A DNA stretch of 57,173 nucleotides from a virus (Duplodnaviria > Caudoviricetes): positions 1-57,173 of IMG/VR virus record IMGVR_UViG_3300012347_000287, one strand, 5' to 3'. The translations under genes and the position numbers were made by a program. The notes under the pieces were generated by a model, which was not told the origin of the DNA, made no database searches, and worked only from the letters and a program-made list of their open reading frames with translations. Of the stretch, positions 44,518-53,284 are shown piece by piece; the stretch's first letter is position 1, and every line of letters starts with the position of its first letter.

Positions 44518-44718
44518 ATGAGTCCAAGACATTTCTCAAAGCTAATGGCTAACCCTGTATATAACAAAGAGGTTAATAAGATCATAGCTAATCAACCTAA
44601 TCTATGGTATGCCTTTACTGCTGTTACTGGTATAGCTAAGCTATTCTCATATACCCCAGAAGTAATCAAAGATAATCCTGTTAAGGATTCGCAAAGCGGT
44701 ACAGATAACATCTCTTGA
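44518..44718 (+). CDS. Hypothetical protein (leaderless)
   Basis: GGTATAAT just upstream of the ATG. Confidence 0.55.
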   Translation: MSPRHFSKLMANPVYNKEVNKIIANQPNLWYAFTAVTGIAKLFSYTPEVIKDNPVKDSQSGTDNIS

Positions 44719-44740
44719 TAACAATTCTCCCTAGTATATA

Positions 44741-44773
44741 AAACACCCCTAGTAGAAATACATAGGGGTTTTT
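44741..44773 (+). terminator. Intrinsic terminator ending the early island
   Basis: ACCCCTA...TAGGGGT-TTTT. Confidence 0.55.
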
Positions 44774-44774
44774 A

Positions 44775-45412
44775 GCTATCTGAGATATGTGGATAAAAGA
44801 TATATGTTTATATAAATAACATTACGATATCGTCTAAAAAATCCCCAAAAGATATATGTTTTAATAAATTATTCTATATAAAAACACTTGACAAATGGGG
44901 CTATGTGTGGTAGGGGATATGTTCGATATTATATAAATAGACCGAAGAATCTGCGGAAAAACATTACGAAAGCCGCATAATATACGCTCCATTCATCATA
45001 TATTTTTACCAAATCCATCATTACATCATATCAGAATACATACAGTAAGATCTTTATGCACAATATGTGTATAAAATGTGTATAACTTTGTGTAAATCTT
45101 AAGACTAATTTAAAGAATTTCATAAGATTAGTTTTAAGAATTTCAGGGTATTCAGCATCTCTGATACGTGGTTATGTGGTATATTTAAGCTATGAATTTA
45201 TTAAAGATTAGAGTGGCTATCAGGATGTTCACCATAACCTACTTCTGGCGTATCTATGCTTTGAGAGCAAAGATCAGATGCTCAAGAGGTAAACACTTCT
45301 TCGTAGGTATATGGAAGACCGATAAGGGTTTCTGCCTTTATTGCAATATAGACTTAAATAGGTAAGTGTTCTTACTAGGGTGTTTTCTATTAGTTATATC
45401 TTATACTAGGGA
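44775..45412. other. AT-rich non-coding convergence region with DnaA-type boxes
   Basis: TGTGGATAA at 44788; TGTGTATAA at 45066 and 45077; ATTACGA motifs. Confidence 0.45.
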
Positions 45413-45577
45413 TTACGAAGCTTCTTCTTGATTCCCCGAAAAAAATCCAAGAACATAGGCTGTACGCCATGCTAGGTGTTGTTCGTTGTGTTCTTTAATT
45501 GCATACTCCATAAAGGCTTCATTATCCATATGCTCTGCTGATATACCAAAGCCACAGTTACATTTGAAATCATTCAT
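45413..45577 (-). CDS. Hypothetical 54-aa protein
   Basis: Hand translation MNDFKCNCGF... Confidence 0.45.
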   Translation of the reverse strand: MNDFKCNCGFGISAEHMDNEAFMEYAIKEHNEQHLAWRTAYVLGFFSGNQEEAS

Positions 45578-45818
45578 GCTGAGGGCATTTCCATTTGCCT
45601 ATGCAATAGCATTTATTAATCTTACATACCTCTTGGTTATACTCATCAAAGAAGTATGCCATCCCAGCTGCCATGGTTGGGGTAATTTCTACTTCTTCAT
45701 CATTTACTACTAGATAGTATTTAATTACCTTATCTAGCTTTATGTCATGCAATAGCTCACCAAAGCTAGCATATTCATTCTGTTGCATTTCAGTTCTAAT
45801 TAGCATCTTATTATGCAT
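45570..45818 (-). CDS. Hypothetical protein
   Basis: AAGGA RBS. Confidence 0.55.
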   Translation of the reverse strand: MHNKMLIRTEMQQNEYASFGELLHDIKLDKVIKYYLVVNDEEVEITPTMAAGMAYFFDEYNQEVCKINKCYCIGKWKCPQHE

Positions 45819-45884
45819 TGTTTTCCTTATATTAGAGAATGGTGCTACGGAGTAGCCTAGGACCTCTTATTTACCGCCGAACTT

Positions 45885-46133
45885 TTAGTCGCTAAATTTG
45901 CCCGACTTTATAACCTTAATTAAATCATCAGAGTCGAAGTGGTCACGGACAACATTAATACCAGCCTCAACCTCAGTGACTGTACGATGTCTTTCAATCC
46001 AGTCAATAATCTCAGCATTACGAAAGCCTTTGCCCTTTGTCCAGCCATTCCAGTAGTGTTCACAATTCTTCTGGTGTCCACCACACTCATCGCAATAGCG
46101 TAGTGAGTAGTATAGCTCGTCAATATCAGTCAT
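45885..46133 (-). CDS. Hypothetical protein
   Basis: ORF in minus-strand operon. Confidence 0.6.
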   Translation of the reverse strand: MTDIDELYYSLRYCDECGGHQKNCEHYWNGWTKGKGFRNAEIIDWIERHRTVTEVEAGINVVRDHFDSDDLIKVIKSGKFSD

Positions 46134-46347
46134 GGATACCTTCTCTTATTTCGGTGACAGCCTTACAGAACCAGCAGTTTATACCAACATAGTGTGTCTT
46201 GCCATTATGTCCAGTAGCCTCATTAAATATATCAATAGCGTGGTCCTTGCCATCCTCATAAGCTGACCATATATTCCTGTCATACATCATGGCCTTAAAC
46301 ATAGGGTCCATAGATTTGTTTACCCAATAGTCGTCTGGATCAATCAT
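46126..46347 (-). CDS. Hypothetical protein
   Basis: Overlapping operon ORF. Confidence 0.6.
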   Translation of the reverse strand: MIDPDDYWVNKSMDPMFKAMMYDRNIWSAYEDGKDHAIDIFNEATGHNGKTHYVGINCWFCKAVTEIREGIHD

Positions 46348-46547
46348 AATTCCCTGTTTTCAATTCGTTCTAGTAGATGATCCATAGGAGTTTCACATTG
46401 GCATTCAAATCTTTCTACCTGCCATGCGATTTCAATTCGCTTTTGTTCCCATGCAATACCCTCACGATACCCCTCATTGCCAGCGTGTTCTATATCGCAA
46501 TGGATACACGCAAGGTATTCGCCTTCTTGGCTGTGGTTACAACTCAT
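46344..46547 (-). CDS. Hypothetical protein
   Basis: Start MSCNH by TAATG coupling. Confidence 0.55.
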   Translation of the reverse strand: MSCNHSQEGEYLACIHCDIEHAGNEGYREGIAWEQKRIEIAWQVERFECQCETPMDHLLERIENREL

Positions 46548-46642
46548 TACTTCTCTCCCTCGATAAGAGCAATGCGATTTTCGATTGCAGCACATACTTT
46601 ACAATTTGCACTGTCCTTGTAAAAGCAATACATACGATTCAT
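46547..46642 (-). CDS. Hypothetical 31-aa protein
   Basis: TAATG coupling at both ends. Confidence 0.45.
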   Translation of the reverse strand: MNRMYCFYKDSANCKVCAAIENRIALIEGEK

Positions 46643-46845
46643 TACTTCTTATCCTTCTTAGTTTCTAGTGCGTGTAGACGCTTCTTAATATCTCTAAGTT
46701 CATTACCAATCTTAGCTGTGTTATGGTCTGCCAGGTCTCCACGATCTTTTAGTTCACCATTAACCCAGACAATCCACATGCCAGCAGCCATGAATGTAAA
46801 TACGCCAAGAACTGTTAGTAGTCCCGCAATTGGAATCTCAATCAT
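46642..46845 (-). CDS. Small membrane protein
   Basis: N-terminal TM helix plus coiled coil. Confidence 0.6.
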   Translation of the reverse strand: MIEIPIAGLLTVLGVFTFMAAGMWIVWVNGELKDRGDLADHNTAKIGNELRDIKKRLHALETKKDKK

Positions 46846-47173
46846 TGTCTTTACCTTCGTGTGTACCGAATAGTCGTCTTAGTCCTTCTACTATCCTAGG
46901 GTCTGGTGGATCATTATAAGCCTTATTAAGCTGGTCCCACTCTTCCTGGCTTACTTTGAATGTGTATGGATTGATGGTGTTATGTTCATCAATAGCAGAA
47001 TAAGTAGGATTAAGTCCAGGCTTGTCAAACTCATCAATGCCCCACCACTTAAGCTTAAGTAGCTTAGTAAAGTCAGTAGCAAATAGGTATGCCTCTTTGG
47101 TGCTTAGCTTAGTCTCTGCTTTGAGCAATGGCCCTAGGTTGCTAGAAATCCAGTGCATCTCTTCTTCAGTCAT
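46838..47173 (-). CDS. Hypothetical protein
   Basis: Start moved to MTEEEM. Confidence 0.6.
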   Translation of the reverse strand: MTEEEMHWISSNLGPLLKAETKLSTKEAYLFATDFTKLLKLKWWGIDEFDKPGLNPTYSAIDEHNTINPYTFKVSQEEWDQLNKAYNDPPDPRIVEGLRRLFGTHEGKDND

Positions 47174-47411
47174 TGTTCCTCTTATTGGCGTCAAACAACG
47201 CCCACTCGTTATATTCGTAGTTGTTGTGCTTATCTCCACCTACAATAATACTATAGGCTATGTCAGATACCCCAGCAAAACTGGGAGCAGTTCCTCCGCC
47301 AATCTCTTCGCCACCTTGCTCTACAGTCACATCCCAGCCAGTTGGCTCACCATCGTACTTTACCTTGGTAATGGTAATAATTACCTGGTCTGTAAAATCT
47401 AGCTCACTCAT
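47166..47411 (-). CDS. Hypothetical protein
   Basis: Operon ORF. Confidence 0.6.
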   Translation of the reverse strand: MSELDFTDQVIITITKVKYDGEPTGWDVTVEQGGEEIGGGTAPSFAGVSDIAYSIIVGGDKHNNYEYNEWALFDANKRNND

Positions 47412-47587
47412 TTAACTTCCCTAGGATAATCAGCCATCCAGTAAAAGATAGCGTCTAACTGTGTTGTGGTATTTGATAGTAGATCGACAATGTGTCCACC
47501 CTGTTCACCAAAGTCTCTGGTAAGGGTATTACGAAGGTGCTTTGTTAGATACTCTAGATAGTCTTCTAGGTCAAATTGTGTCTTCAT
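47408..47587 (-). CDS. Hypothetical 59-aa protein
   Basis: Hand translation; coupled at both ends. Confidence 0.55.
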   Translation of the reverse strand: MKTQFDLEDYLEYLTKHLRNTLTRDFGEQGGHIVDLLSNTTTQLDAIFYWMADYPREVK

Positions 47588-47682
47588 TACACCCTCTTGT
47601 TTATGATTACAATTACTATTGCTAAGACAATGCCAACCATAAATCCCCAGCCACTGCCAAGGGTTTCTCTCATAATGTCCAT
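47587..47682 (-). CDS. 31-aa membrane peptide
   Basis: AAGGA RBS; hydrophobic. Confidence 0.5.
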   Translation of the reverse strand: MDIMRETLGSGWGFMVGIVLAIVIVIINKRV

Positions 47683-47735
47683 ATTGTTTCCTTAAAAGTA
47701 TTTTATGTTTATACTAAAGTATAGCGTTACTTAGG

Positions 47736-47957
47736 CTATTTGTCAATAGGGTATCTCTTAGCATTGTCTAGCTGAGTCTCTGCCCAGCCAAAAAGCATAC
47801 CAAAACCAACAAGCACTACAAGGCCACACAGGATGGCAAGAAAGAATGGGATTGTGGTTATGACAAACCAAGTAAGTGCTACAAGCATTCCAATGCTAAA
47901 TCCAATAAAGGCTACAATGCCTGTATAATAAATAATCTTAGCTAGTATTAGTTTCAT
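47736..47957 (-). CDS. Two-TM membrane protein
   Basis: Hydrophobic segments. Confidence 0.65.
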   Translation of the reverse strand: MKLILAKIIYYTGIVAFIGFSIGMLVALTWFVITTIPFFLAILCGLVVLVGFGMLFGWAETQLDNAKRYPIDK

Positions 47958-48121
47958 TCCACTACCTTAATCTGTCTACTCATTACTTCATGGTATAACA
48001 ACCATAGCTCACGCATTTCGTGATCTTCCCAATCATCTAGGTCAGAGTCAAGCCACTTGATAAAAAGAAACTTCTCAATCTCCTTTTGCATTTGGCTAAT
48101 TGTATAATTAGTTAGTTTCAT
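47954..48121 (-). CDS. Hypothetical 55-aa protein
   Basis: Hand translation; coupled at both ends. Confidence 0.5.
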   Translation of the reverse strand: MKLTNYTISQMQKEIEKFLFIKWLDSDLDDWEDHEMRELWLLYHEVMSRQIKVVE

Positions 48122-48405
48122 TAGTTATTAGCCTCACGCTTTTGAAATTCAATGCCTGCCTCAAATGCAACCCAGTAACCGTTGCTTACGCCAGAATCAT
48201 ATGCTATCTTTTCAATGTCAGTGGCCTCACGCCATTCAAGTACTGGTCCACCACCGTTACACGAATGTAGGTGGTCTGAAGTTACTTCTACTTCACAGGT
48301 GCAGTCAATAAAGCTTTCGCTAATCTCTTCATAGTATTCTCCACAGCAAGCAGGATCCCCACATCCCCAAACGGTGTTATCTTGTTTTACATAATATAGA
48401 GTCAT
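48121..48405 (-). CDS. Cys-rich hypothetical protein
   Basis: CGDPACCG motif. Confidence 0.6.
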   Translation of the reverse strand: MTLYYVKQDNTVWGCGDPACCGEYYEEISESFIDCTCEVEVTSDHLHSCNGGGPVLEWREATDIEKIAYDSGVSNGYWVAFEAGIEFQKREANN

Positions 48406-48406
48406 T

Positions 48407-48817
48407 CTATCCCTCAGTAGTTATTGAAATATCTGGAATAATGTTTTCTGGATGGAAATTAACCTGATAGTGGAAAGCCTTTACATTATTTGCTTCAAGC
48501 TGTTCAACAAAGTAAGACACATTGTCACTTAGACCAAGGTAATGCTTCTTATACTTATTTGGTCCAGTCATACAGGTTACTTCTAATGCCCCTGCCAATG
48601 CGGAGTTGTCTCCAGTATCTACAGCACAATATCCCTGCAACTCAAGTAGGTACTTGTCGGTAATGCCATTAAAGAATACGATCCTACGCAATACCTGGAA
48701 CTTCTCAGCCTCTTGTGATAGGTTATAAGATACGCCATCTGCCTGAGTTGCACACCCAGTTAGTGATGCAGTTGCTACCAAGGCAATCAATGTTACTGCA
48801 ATTAGCTTCTTGTTCAT
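48407..48817 (-). CDS. Lipoprotein
   Basis: Lipobox LTGC after a signal peptide; RRIVFFNGITDKYLL. Confidence 0.8.
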   Translation of the reverse strand: MNKKLIAVTLIALVATASLTGCATQADGVSYNLSQEAEKFQVLRRIVFFNGITDKYLLELQGYCAVDTGDNSALAGALEVTCMTGPNKYKKHYLGLSDNVSYFVEQLEANNVKAFHYQVNFHPENIIPDISITTEG

Positions 48818-48820
48818 TAA

Positions 48821-49987
48821 CTAGTCTCCTTTTACGTTAATAATCTGGTGTAGTACGTGTCTAATCTTTACTAAATCTTTAGCGTCTTCCATTACAACGT
48901 CAATATCTTTGTATGCATTTGGATGTTCATCAATGAATGCGTCAGAGTGTGACCATTCAATACCTCTCATCATATCATCCAAAGACTCTTTTGTAAAGAC
49001 CTTTCGTGCTTCATTACGAGAGTATTCACGCCCAGCACCATGTGGTGCAGTGCAGAATGAAAGCTTATTGCCAAGCCCCTCAACTACATACGATGCAGTA
49101 CCCATTGATCCTGGAATAAGGCCCATCTGTCCTTCATTAGCAGAGATAGCACCCTTACGAGTTATCCACAGATTCTTTCCCCAGTGATTCTCAGGCTGAG
49201 TAAAGTTGTGATGACAGTTAATCTCTTCAATGATTTCAAAATCACCTACGTGGTGCTTGAATGCCTTCTTGACACGATTCATCATTACTTCACGATTCTT
49301 AAATGCAAACTTCTGTGCCCAGGTCATCTCAGCAATGTAGCGATCAAATTCTGTAGTGCCCTCTACAAGGTATGCCAGATCTGGATCTGCTAGAGTAATG
49401 AAGTTCTTCTTTGCATACTCCTGTGCAACAGCAATGTGATGTGTAGCAATCTTGTTACCAACTCCACGTGAACCTGAGTGCAAGAATAGCCAAATAGAAT
49501 TTTCCTCATCTACTGTAATCTCAATAAAGTGATTACCAGAACCAAGAGATCCAAGCTGGTGTGTCCAGTTGCTTGCGTAGTCCGATGGATTAAACCCTGC
49601 GTCTAGGGCAGCATCAAGTAGTTCCTCTGCTGCATCAAGTGCGTCTGGCTTAACAGTTTGGTTATGCTTGAATGCTGACAATGGAATAGCAGACTCAATT
49701 GACTCACGCAACTCCTTAAGATTTACACCTTCCATGTCGTGTACATTCTTGTTAGTCTTAATAGCCATCATTCCACAGCCAATGTCTACCCCAATCGCAG
49801 CAGGCATAATGGCTCCCTGTGTAGGAATAACTGATCCAACGGTTGACCCCTTGCCAAGGTGTGCATCTGGCATTAGTGCTAGGTGAGGAAAGATGAATGG
49901 CATTGACGAAGTTGTCTTAGCCTGTTCAAGTGTCTTCTCGTCTAGGATGGATGCCCAGTTAAGTAGCTTATTGGTTACTTGTTCCAT
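48821..49987 (-). CDS. rtcB: RtcB family RNA ligase
   Basis: MPDAHLG, GVDIGCG, GSLGSGNHF, HSGSRG, HHN, IPGSMG, HGAGR, DEHPNAYK, VKG. Confidence 0.95.
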   Translation of the reverse strand: MEQVTNKLLNWASILDEKTLEQAKTTSSMPFIFPHLALMPDAHLGKGSTVGSVIPTQGAIMPAAIGVDIGCGMMAIKTNKNVHDMEGVNLKELRESIESAIPLSAFKHNQTVKPDALDAAEELLDAALDAGFNPSDYASNWTHQLGSLGSGNHFIEITVDEENSIWLFLHSGSRGVGNKIATHHIAVAQEYAKKNFITLADPDLAYLVEGTTEFDRYIAEMTWAQKFAFKNREVMMNRVKKAFKHHVGDFEIIEEINCHHNFTQPENHWGKNLWITRKGAISANEGQMGLIPGSMGTASYVVEGLGNKLSFCTAPHGAGREYSRNEARKVFTKESLDDMMRGIEWSHSDAFIDEHPNAYKDIDVVMEDAKDLVKIRHVLHQIINVKGD

Positions 49988-50460
49988 TATTTTATCCTCA
50001 TTATTTCATCAAATGCTATTGGTGTGTAACTAATTTGTTCTACGCTTACATTGGTATACCACGGATCTGATAGATTCTTTTCGTGTAGGTGTCCGTGAAT
50101 ATTTCCTTTATACCGCAACTTTTGAGTATCGCTAACTGGAATGTGAGTTAGTACAAAATTGTCTAGCTCGTGGCTACCACGTATATCGTAGAAGTGTGGA
50201 GTATAAAACTTTAGCTTCTGGATATCGTGATTGCCTTTGATCAATACCTTACGTCCATTCAAGCGTGACAAGATATCTAATGATTTAGAGTTCATAGTGA
50301 CATCTCCTAGGTGATATACCTTATCGCCCTGTTTAACAACACTATTCCAGTTCTCAACCATTACTTCGTTCATTTCTTCAACGGTACTAAATGGGCGTTC
50401 TGCATACTTAATAATATTAGCGTGACCAAAGTGGGTATCGCTAATTAGAAATACATTCAA
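49987..50460 (-). CDS. Calcineurin-like metallophosphoesterase
   Basis: SDTHFGH, LGD, GNHD, HGHLH. Confidence 0.9.
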   Translation of the reverse strand: MNVFLISDTHFGHANIIKYAERPFSTVEEMNEVMVENWNSVVKQGDKVYHLGDVTMNSKSLDILSRLNGRKVLIKGNHDIQKLKFYTPHFYDIRGSHELDNFVLTHIPVSDTQKLRYKGNIHGHLHEKNLSDPWYTNVSVEQISYTPIAFDEIMRIK

Positions 50461-50708
50461 AACATCTCCAATTCATCAAAGTCTTCTTTACGTGCAATAA
50501 AAGTAGTCTGGAAGTCTAGTTGCTTACCCCATACGATAATCTCTGGTACTAGTGGGTGCATACGGTAGCCTATAGAGTCTAGCTCTTTAAGAATCTTGTC
50601 GTCATGCTCTACCAAGAAGATTGGCTCATCGCTGTCCCAATCCATTTCGTGCTCTGGATTTCCAGTACAGATGAGGGTAGTTGGCTTGTTTCTCTGCAAT
50701 AGCTGCAT
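50457..50708 (-). CDS. Hypothetical protein
   Basis: Operon ORF. Confidence 0.6.
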   Translation of the reverse strand: MQLLQRNKPTTLICTGNPEHEMDWDSDEPIFLVEHDDKILKELDSIGYRMHPLVPEIIVWGKQLDFQTTFIARKEDFDELEMF

Positions 50709-50724
50709 ATAAATCCTAAACTTA

Positions 50725-50856
50725 TTAGTTATTACGAATTTGCTTAATTAGTGAATTTAGTTTACGATCAAGATTCTTAATCATACTGTCTGCTACCTGA
50801 AGGCTAATCTCTGCCATCATTAGTCTTGTCTCTAAGTCTATCTCTTTTTCATCCAT
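50725..50856 (-). CDS. Hypothetical 43-aa coiled-coil protein
   Basis: TAATG coupling. Confidence 0.45.
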   Translation of the reverse strand: MDEKEIDLETRLMMAEISLQVADSMIKNLDRKLNSLIKQIRNN

Positions 50857-51080
50857 TAGTCAAGGTTTCTCTTTACCGCTTCTAATCCCTCTGCTAATTC
50901 ATTTAGGGTAGAACACTTATCGTGTTCGCACGTACCATCTGCGTTATAGTCCTCGCAGATTTGGTTGCCAAGTAGTTTAACTACCGTTGAAAGGGCAGCA
51001 CCAAACCCTTTATTATACTGGTCCTTGCCGATGTTTTCAAAGTCTGATAGCTTCATGTTTGCTAAGTTATTAATGTCCAT
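50856..51080 (-). CDS. Hypothetical protein
   Basis: Leaderless, after TTGACA-17-TACAAT. Confidence 0.6.
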   Translation of the reverse strand: MDINNLANMKLSDFENIGKDQYNKGFGAALSTVVKLLGNQICEDYNADGTCEHDKCSTLNELAEGLEAVKRNLD

Positions 51081-51138
51081 GTATAGATTGTATCAGTGCA
51101 AAAGCTATATGTCAATAGCTGTCTGGTATAATTGTGCT

Positions 51139-51702
51139 ATGAATAATGAGCCAGTAAAATTTGTATACTTCCCCCGATCATCGGGAACATTTCTTTCTAA
51201 AAATTATTTAAATATGACTGGTGTCGAGGTAGAGCATTCCCACGACTTAAACATTTTGGATGGTCTTCGCTCAGTTGTGATACTCAGAAACCCGTTTGAT
51301 TGCATACTGTCCACAGCCATAGACCAATACATAAAAAACTATGATAGCAACAAAACAACGGCTGAGTACTTGAGAGAGGCCACAAACTACTATAATGATT
51401 TTCATAAGACAGTAGAGAAGCATGGTTGGCCAGTGCTAATCACCTTCGAGATGTCAGTATTCTCCACTCATGCGACCTGCAGAATGTTATCCAATATATT
51501 TAATAATAACTATAATGAAGGGGTGGGCATAATATTAGCGGATAAGCCAGAAAATACCTTTATCCCAACAGCGACAGCCAGTCCAGCCTATGAAATATTT
51601 AGAGATGAATTGTCCAGGTTAGACCTTTCTCGTAGCTTTGAGATATACTCCAGACTACTCAAGAGAGTCACCTACAATAATTCTGATACAATATCTATAT
51701 GA
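51139..51702 (+). CDS. Sulfotransferase-fold (P-loop-like) protein
   Basis: FPRSSGTFL 5'-PSB-like and RNPFDCILS 3'-PB-like motifs; start after TGGTATAAT. Confidence 0.65.
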   Translation: MNNEPVKFVYFPRSSGTFLSKNYLNMTGVEVEHSHDLNILDGLRSVVILRNPFDCILSTAIDQYIKNYDSNKTTAEYLREATNYYNDFHKTVEKHGWPVLITFEMSVFSTHATCRMLSNIFNNNYNEGVGIILADKPENTFIPTATASPAYEIFRDELSRLDLSRSFEIYSRLLKRVTYNNSDTISI

Positions 51703-52277
51703 ATAAATTTGTAGATATCCTTGGGGATAGTGTAGATAATATAAAGGTTGTTGAAGACTTTATGGACCCAGCCGATCTGGATAAGATAGTTTCTTTCCTT
51801 AGAACTATAAACAAGGATGGCATTACCAATAAGTTTCTTCATGTCTCGTATGACTATGACGTGCCCTCGGAAATATACGACCTTATGACTAAGTATACTG
51901 AAATAGTTAATGACCTGTCTACTAAAATGTTCAACCATAACTTCGATGGCTATGACAGACTAACCATGAGAATTGGAACTCCAGGTATGTATTACATCCC
52001 TCACGTAGACAGTCCGTGTATAGGCAAGGTTCATGAAGAGGGTGTCAACAATCCAGACTGGAGAGATTCCTGGGCAGGGGAGCTGGCAATCCTTATTTAT
52101 CTTAATGATGACTATGAAGGTGGAGAATTGTATTTTCCAGAAAGAGGCTTAGAGTTTAAGCCAAAGGCTAATACCCTAGTTATGTTTCCAGGCAACAAGA
52201 ACTTTGTCCACGGAGTAAGGACCATTGAAAAGTCTGAACGCTTTACTCTAGTTAAGTGGTCACTGTTCATTGACTAA
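51699..52277 (+). CDS. Prolyl-4-hydroxylase-like 2OG-Fe(II) oxygenase
   Basis: HVD, YLNDDYEGGELYF, HGV, ERF. Confidence 0.85.
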   Translation: MNKFVDILGDSVDNIKVVEDFMDPADLDKIVSFLRTINKDGITNKFLHVSYDYDVPSEIYDLMTKYTEIVNDLSTKMFNHNFDGYDRLTMRIGTPGMYYIPHVDSPCIGKVHEEGVNNPDWRDSWAGELAILIYLNDDYEGGELYFPERGLEFKPKANTLVMFPGNKNFVHGVRTIEKSERFTLVKWSLFID

Positions 52278-52803
52278 TCTAATAATAACCTGCTATCCAA
52301 GATCTGGATCCACCTTTTTGGACTTTTACTTCCAGCTAAGATTTGGAAAGAACATAGCCCGTGACCATGTCTATAGAAAGAAGAAGAACTATAGCATCAT
52401 TGGAATTGTGAGAGATCCACTCGAATCAATATCGTCATGCATTGCTATGCAGGAACACTATTACGAAGACTATGTGGTAGACGAGAACTCTATAAGAAAA
52501 GAAATCAGTGAGTACATTGAGGCATCTAGATTTCTAATCAACAAGGCAGCAATAGTAATAGATTGCGAGAGGCTGTCCGCAGACCCAGAAAAAGAAATGG
52601 TGAGAATATCTGAAAAGTTTAACATTGATATTGTCTCGAACGATCCATATCAAATAAACTTAGTAGAGAACTCTGACTGGAGCTTCTTGCCATCTAGCAA
52701 AGATCTTCCAAGACATTCCGAGATAAAGAATATGTTGTCTAATTACGATTTGTCTGGATGCTATGAGCTTTACAACACCCTCAATAGGCTATCAGCTATT
52801 TAG
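52270..52803 (+). CDS. Sulfotransferase-fold protein
   Basis: YPRSGSTFL and RDPLESISS motifs. Confidence 0.7.
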   Translation: MTNLIITCYPRSGSTFLDFYFQLRFGKNIARDHVYRKKKNYSIIGIVRDPLESISSCIAMQEHYYEDYVVDENSIRKEISEYIEASRFLINKAAIVIDCERLSADPEKEMVRISEKFNIDIVSNDPYQINLVENSDWSFLPSSKDLPRHSEIKNMLSNYDLSGCYELYNTLNRLSAI

Positions 52804-52967
52804 AAAGTTTCGTTACAGCCGTAGCAATATAGGGTAGGCTTGCCTGGCTCTGCTAGGCATCCACCTAGGGCTATGTCTTCTGCCTTAGCCATCTCAATTA
52901 GTTTTAGTCCAGGCATTCCATAAACGATGTTTACCAGATCGTGACCACAGTTTGTACAATTATTCAT
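52800..52967 (-). CDS. 55-aa Zn-ribbon protein
   Basis: CTNC..IVYGMP..LGGC..CYGC. Confidence 0.6.
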   Translation of the reverse strand: MNNCTNCGHDLVNIVYGMPGLKLIEMAKAEDIALGGCLAEPGKPTLYCYGCNETF

Positions 52968-53005
52968 ATGTTTAGTATACCATAACGAATGGTATAATAA
53001 TAGTT

Positions 53006-53284
53006 ATGGCTACTATACATAATCTATATACCCTCAGCAATACTGAGGCTACACGACTTACCCCACTAGGAATGCACTCTGGAATGGATATTACCCTTCA
53101 GAACGTGCACGATACAGCATATGTTTATGTTGGTGCAGAAGGTGTTACTAGTACTAACTATGGATACCGTATTGCTCCTGGACATGCCATCTCTTGGGAA
53201 CTACCAGAAAAAGATTCTCTTTATGCTATCACTGACACCGATAACTCTAAGCTTGCAGTGCTTAAGACTAGTTTGGAGAAGTAA
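53006..53284 (+). CDS. Small beta-sandwich, possible virion protein
   Basis: ITLQN...VYVG..GVT..NYGYRI pattern. Confidence 0.55.
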   Translation: MATIHNLYTLSNTEATRLTPLGMHSGMDITLQNVHDTAYVYVGAEGVTSTNYGYRIAPGHAISWELPEKDSLYAITDTDNSKLAVLKTSLEK

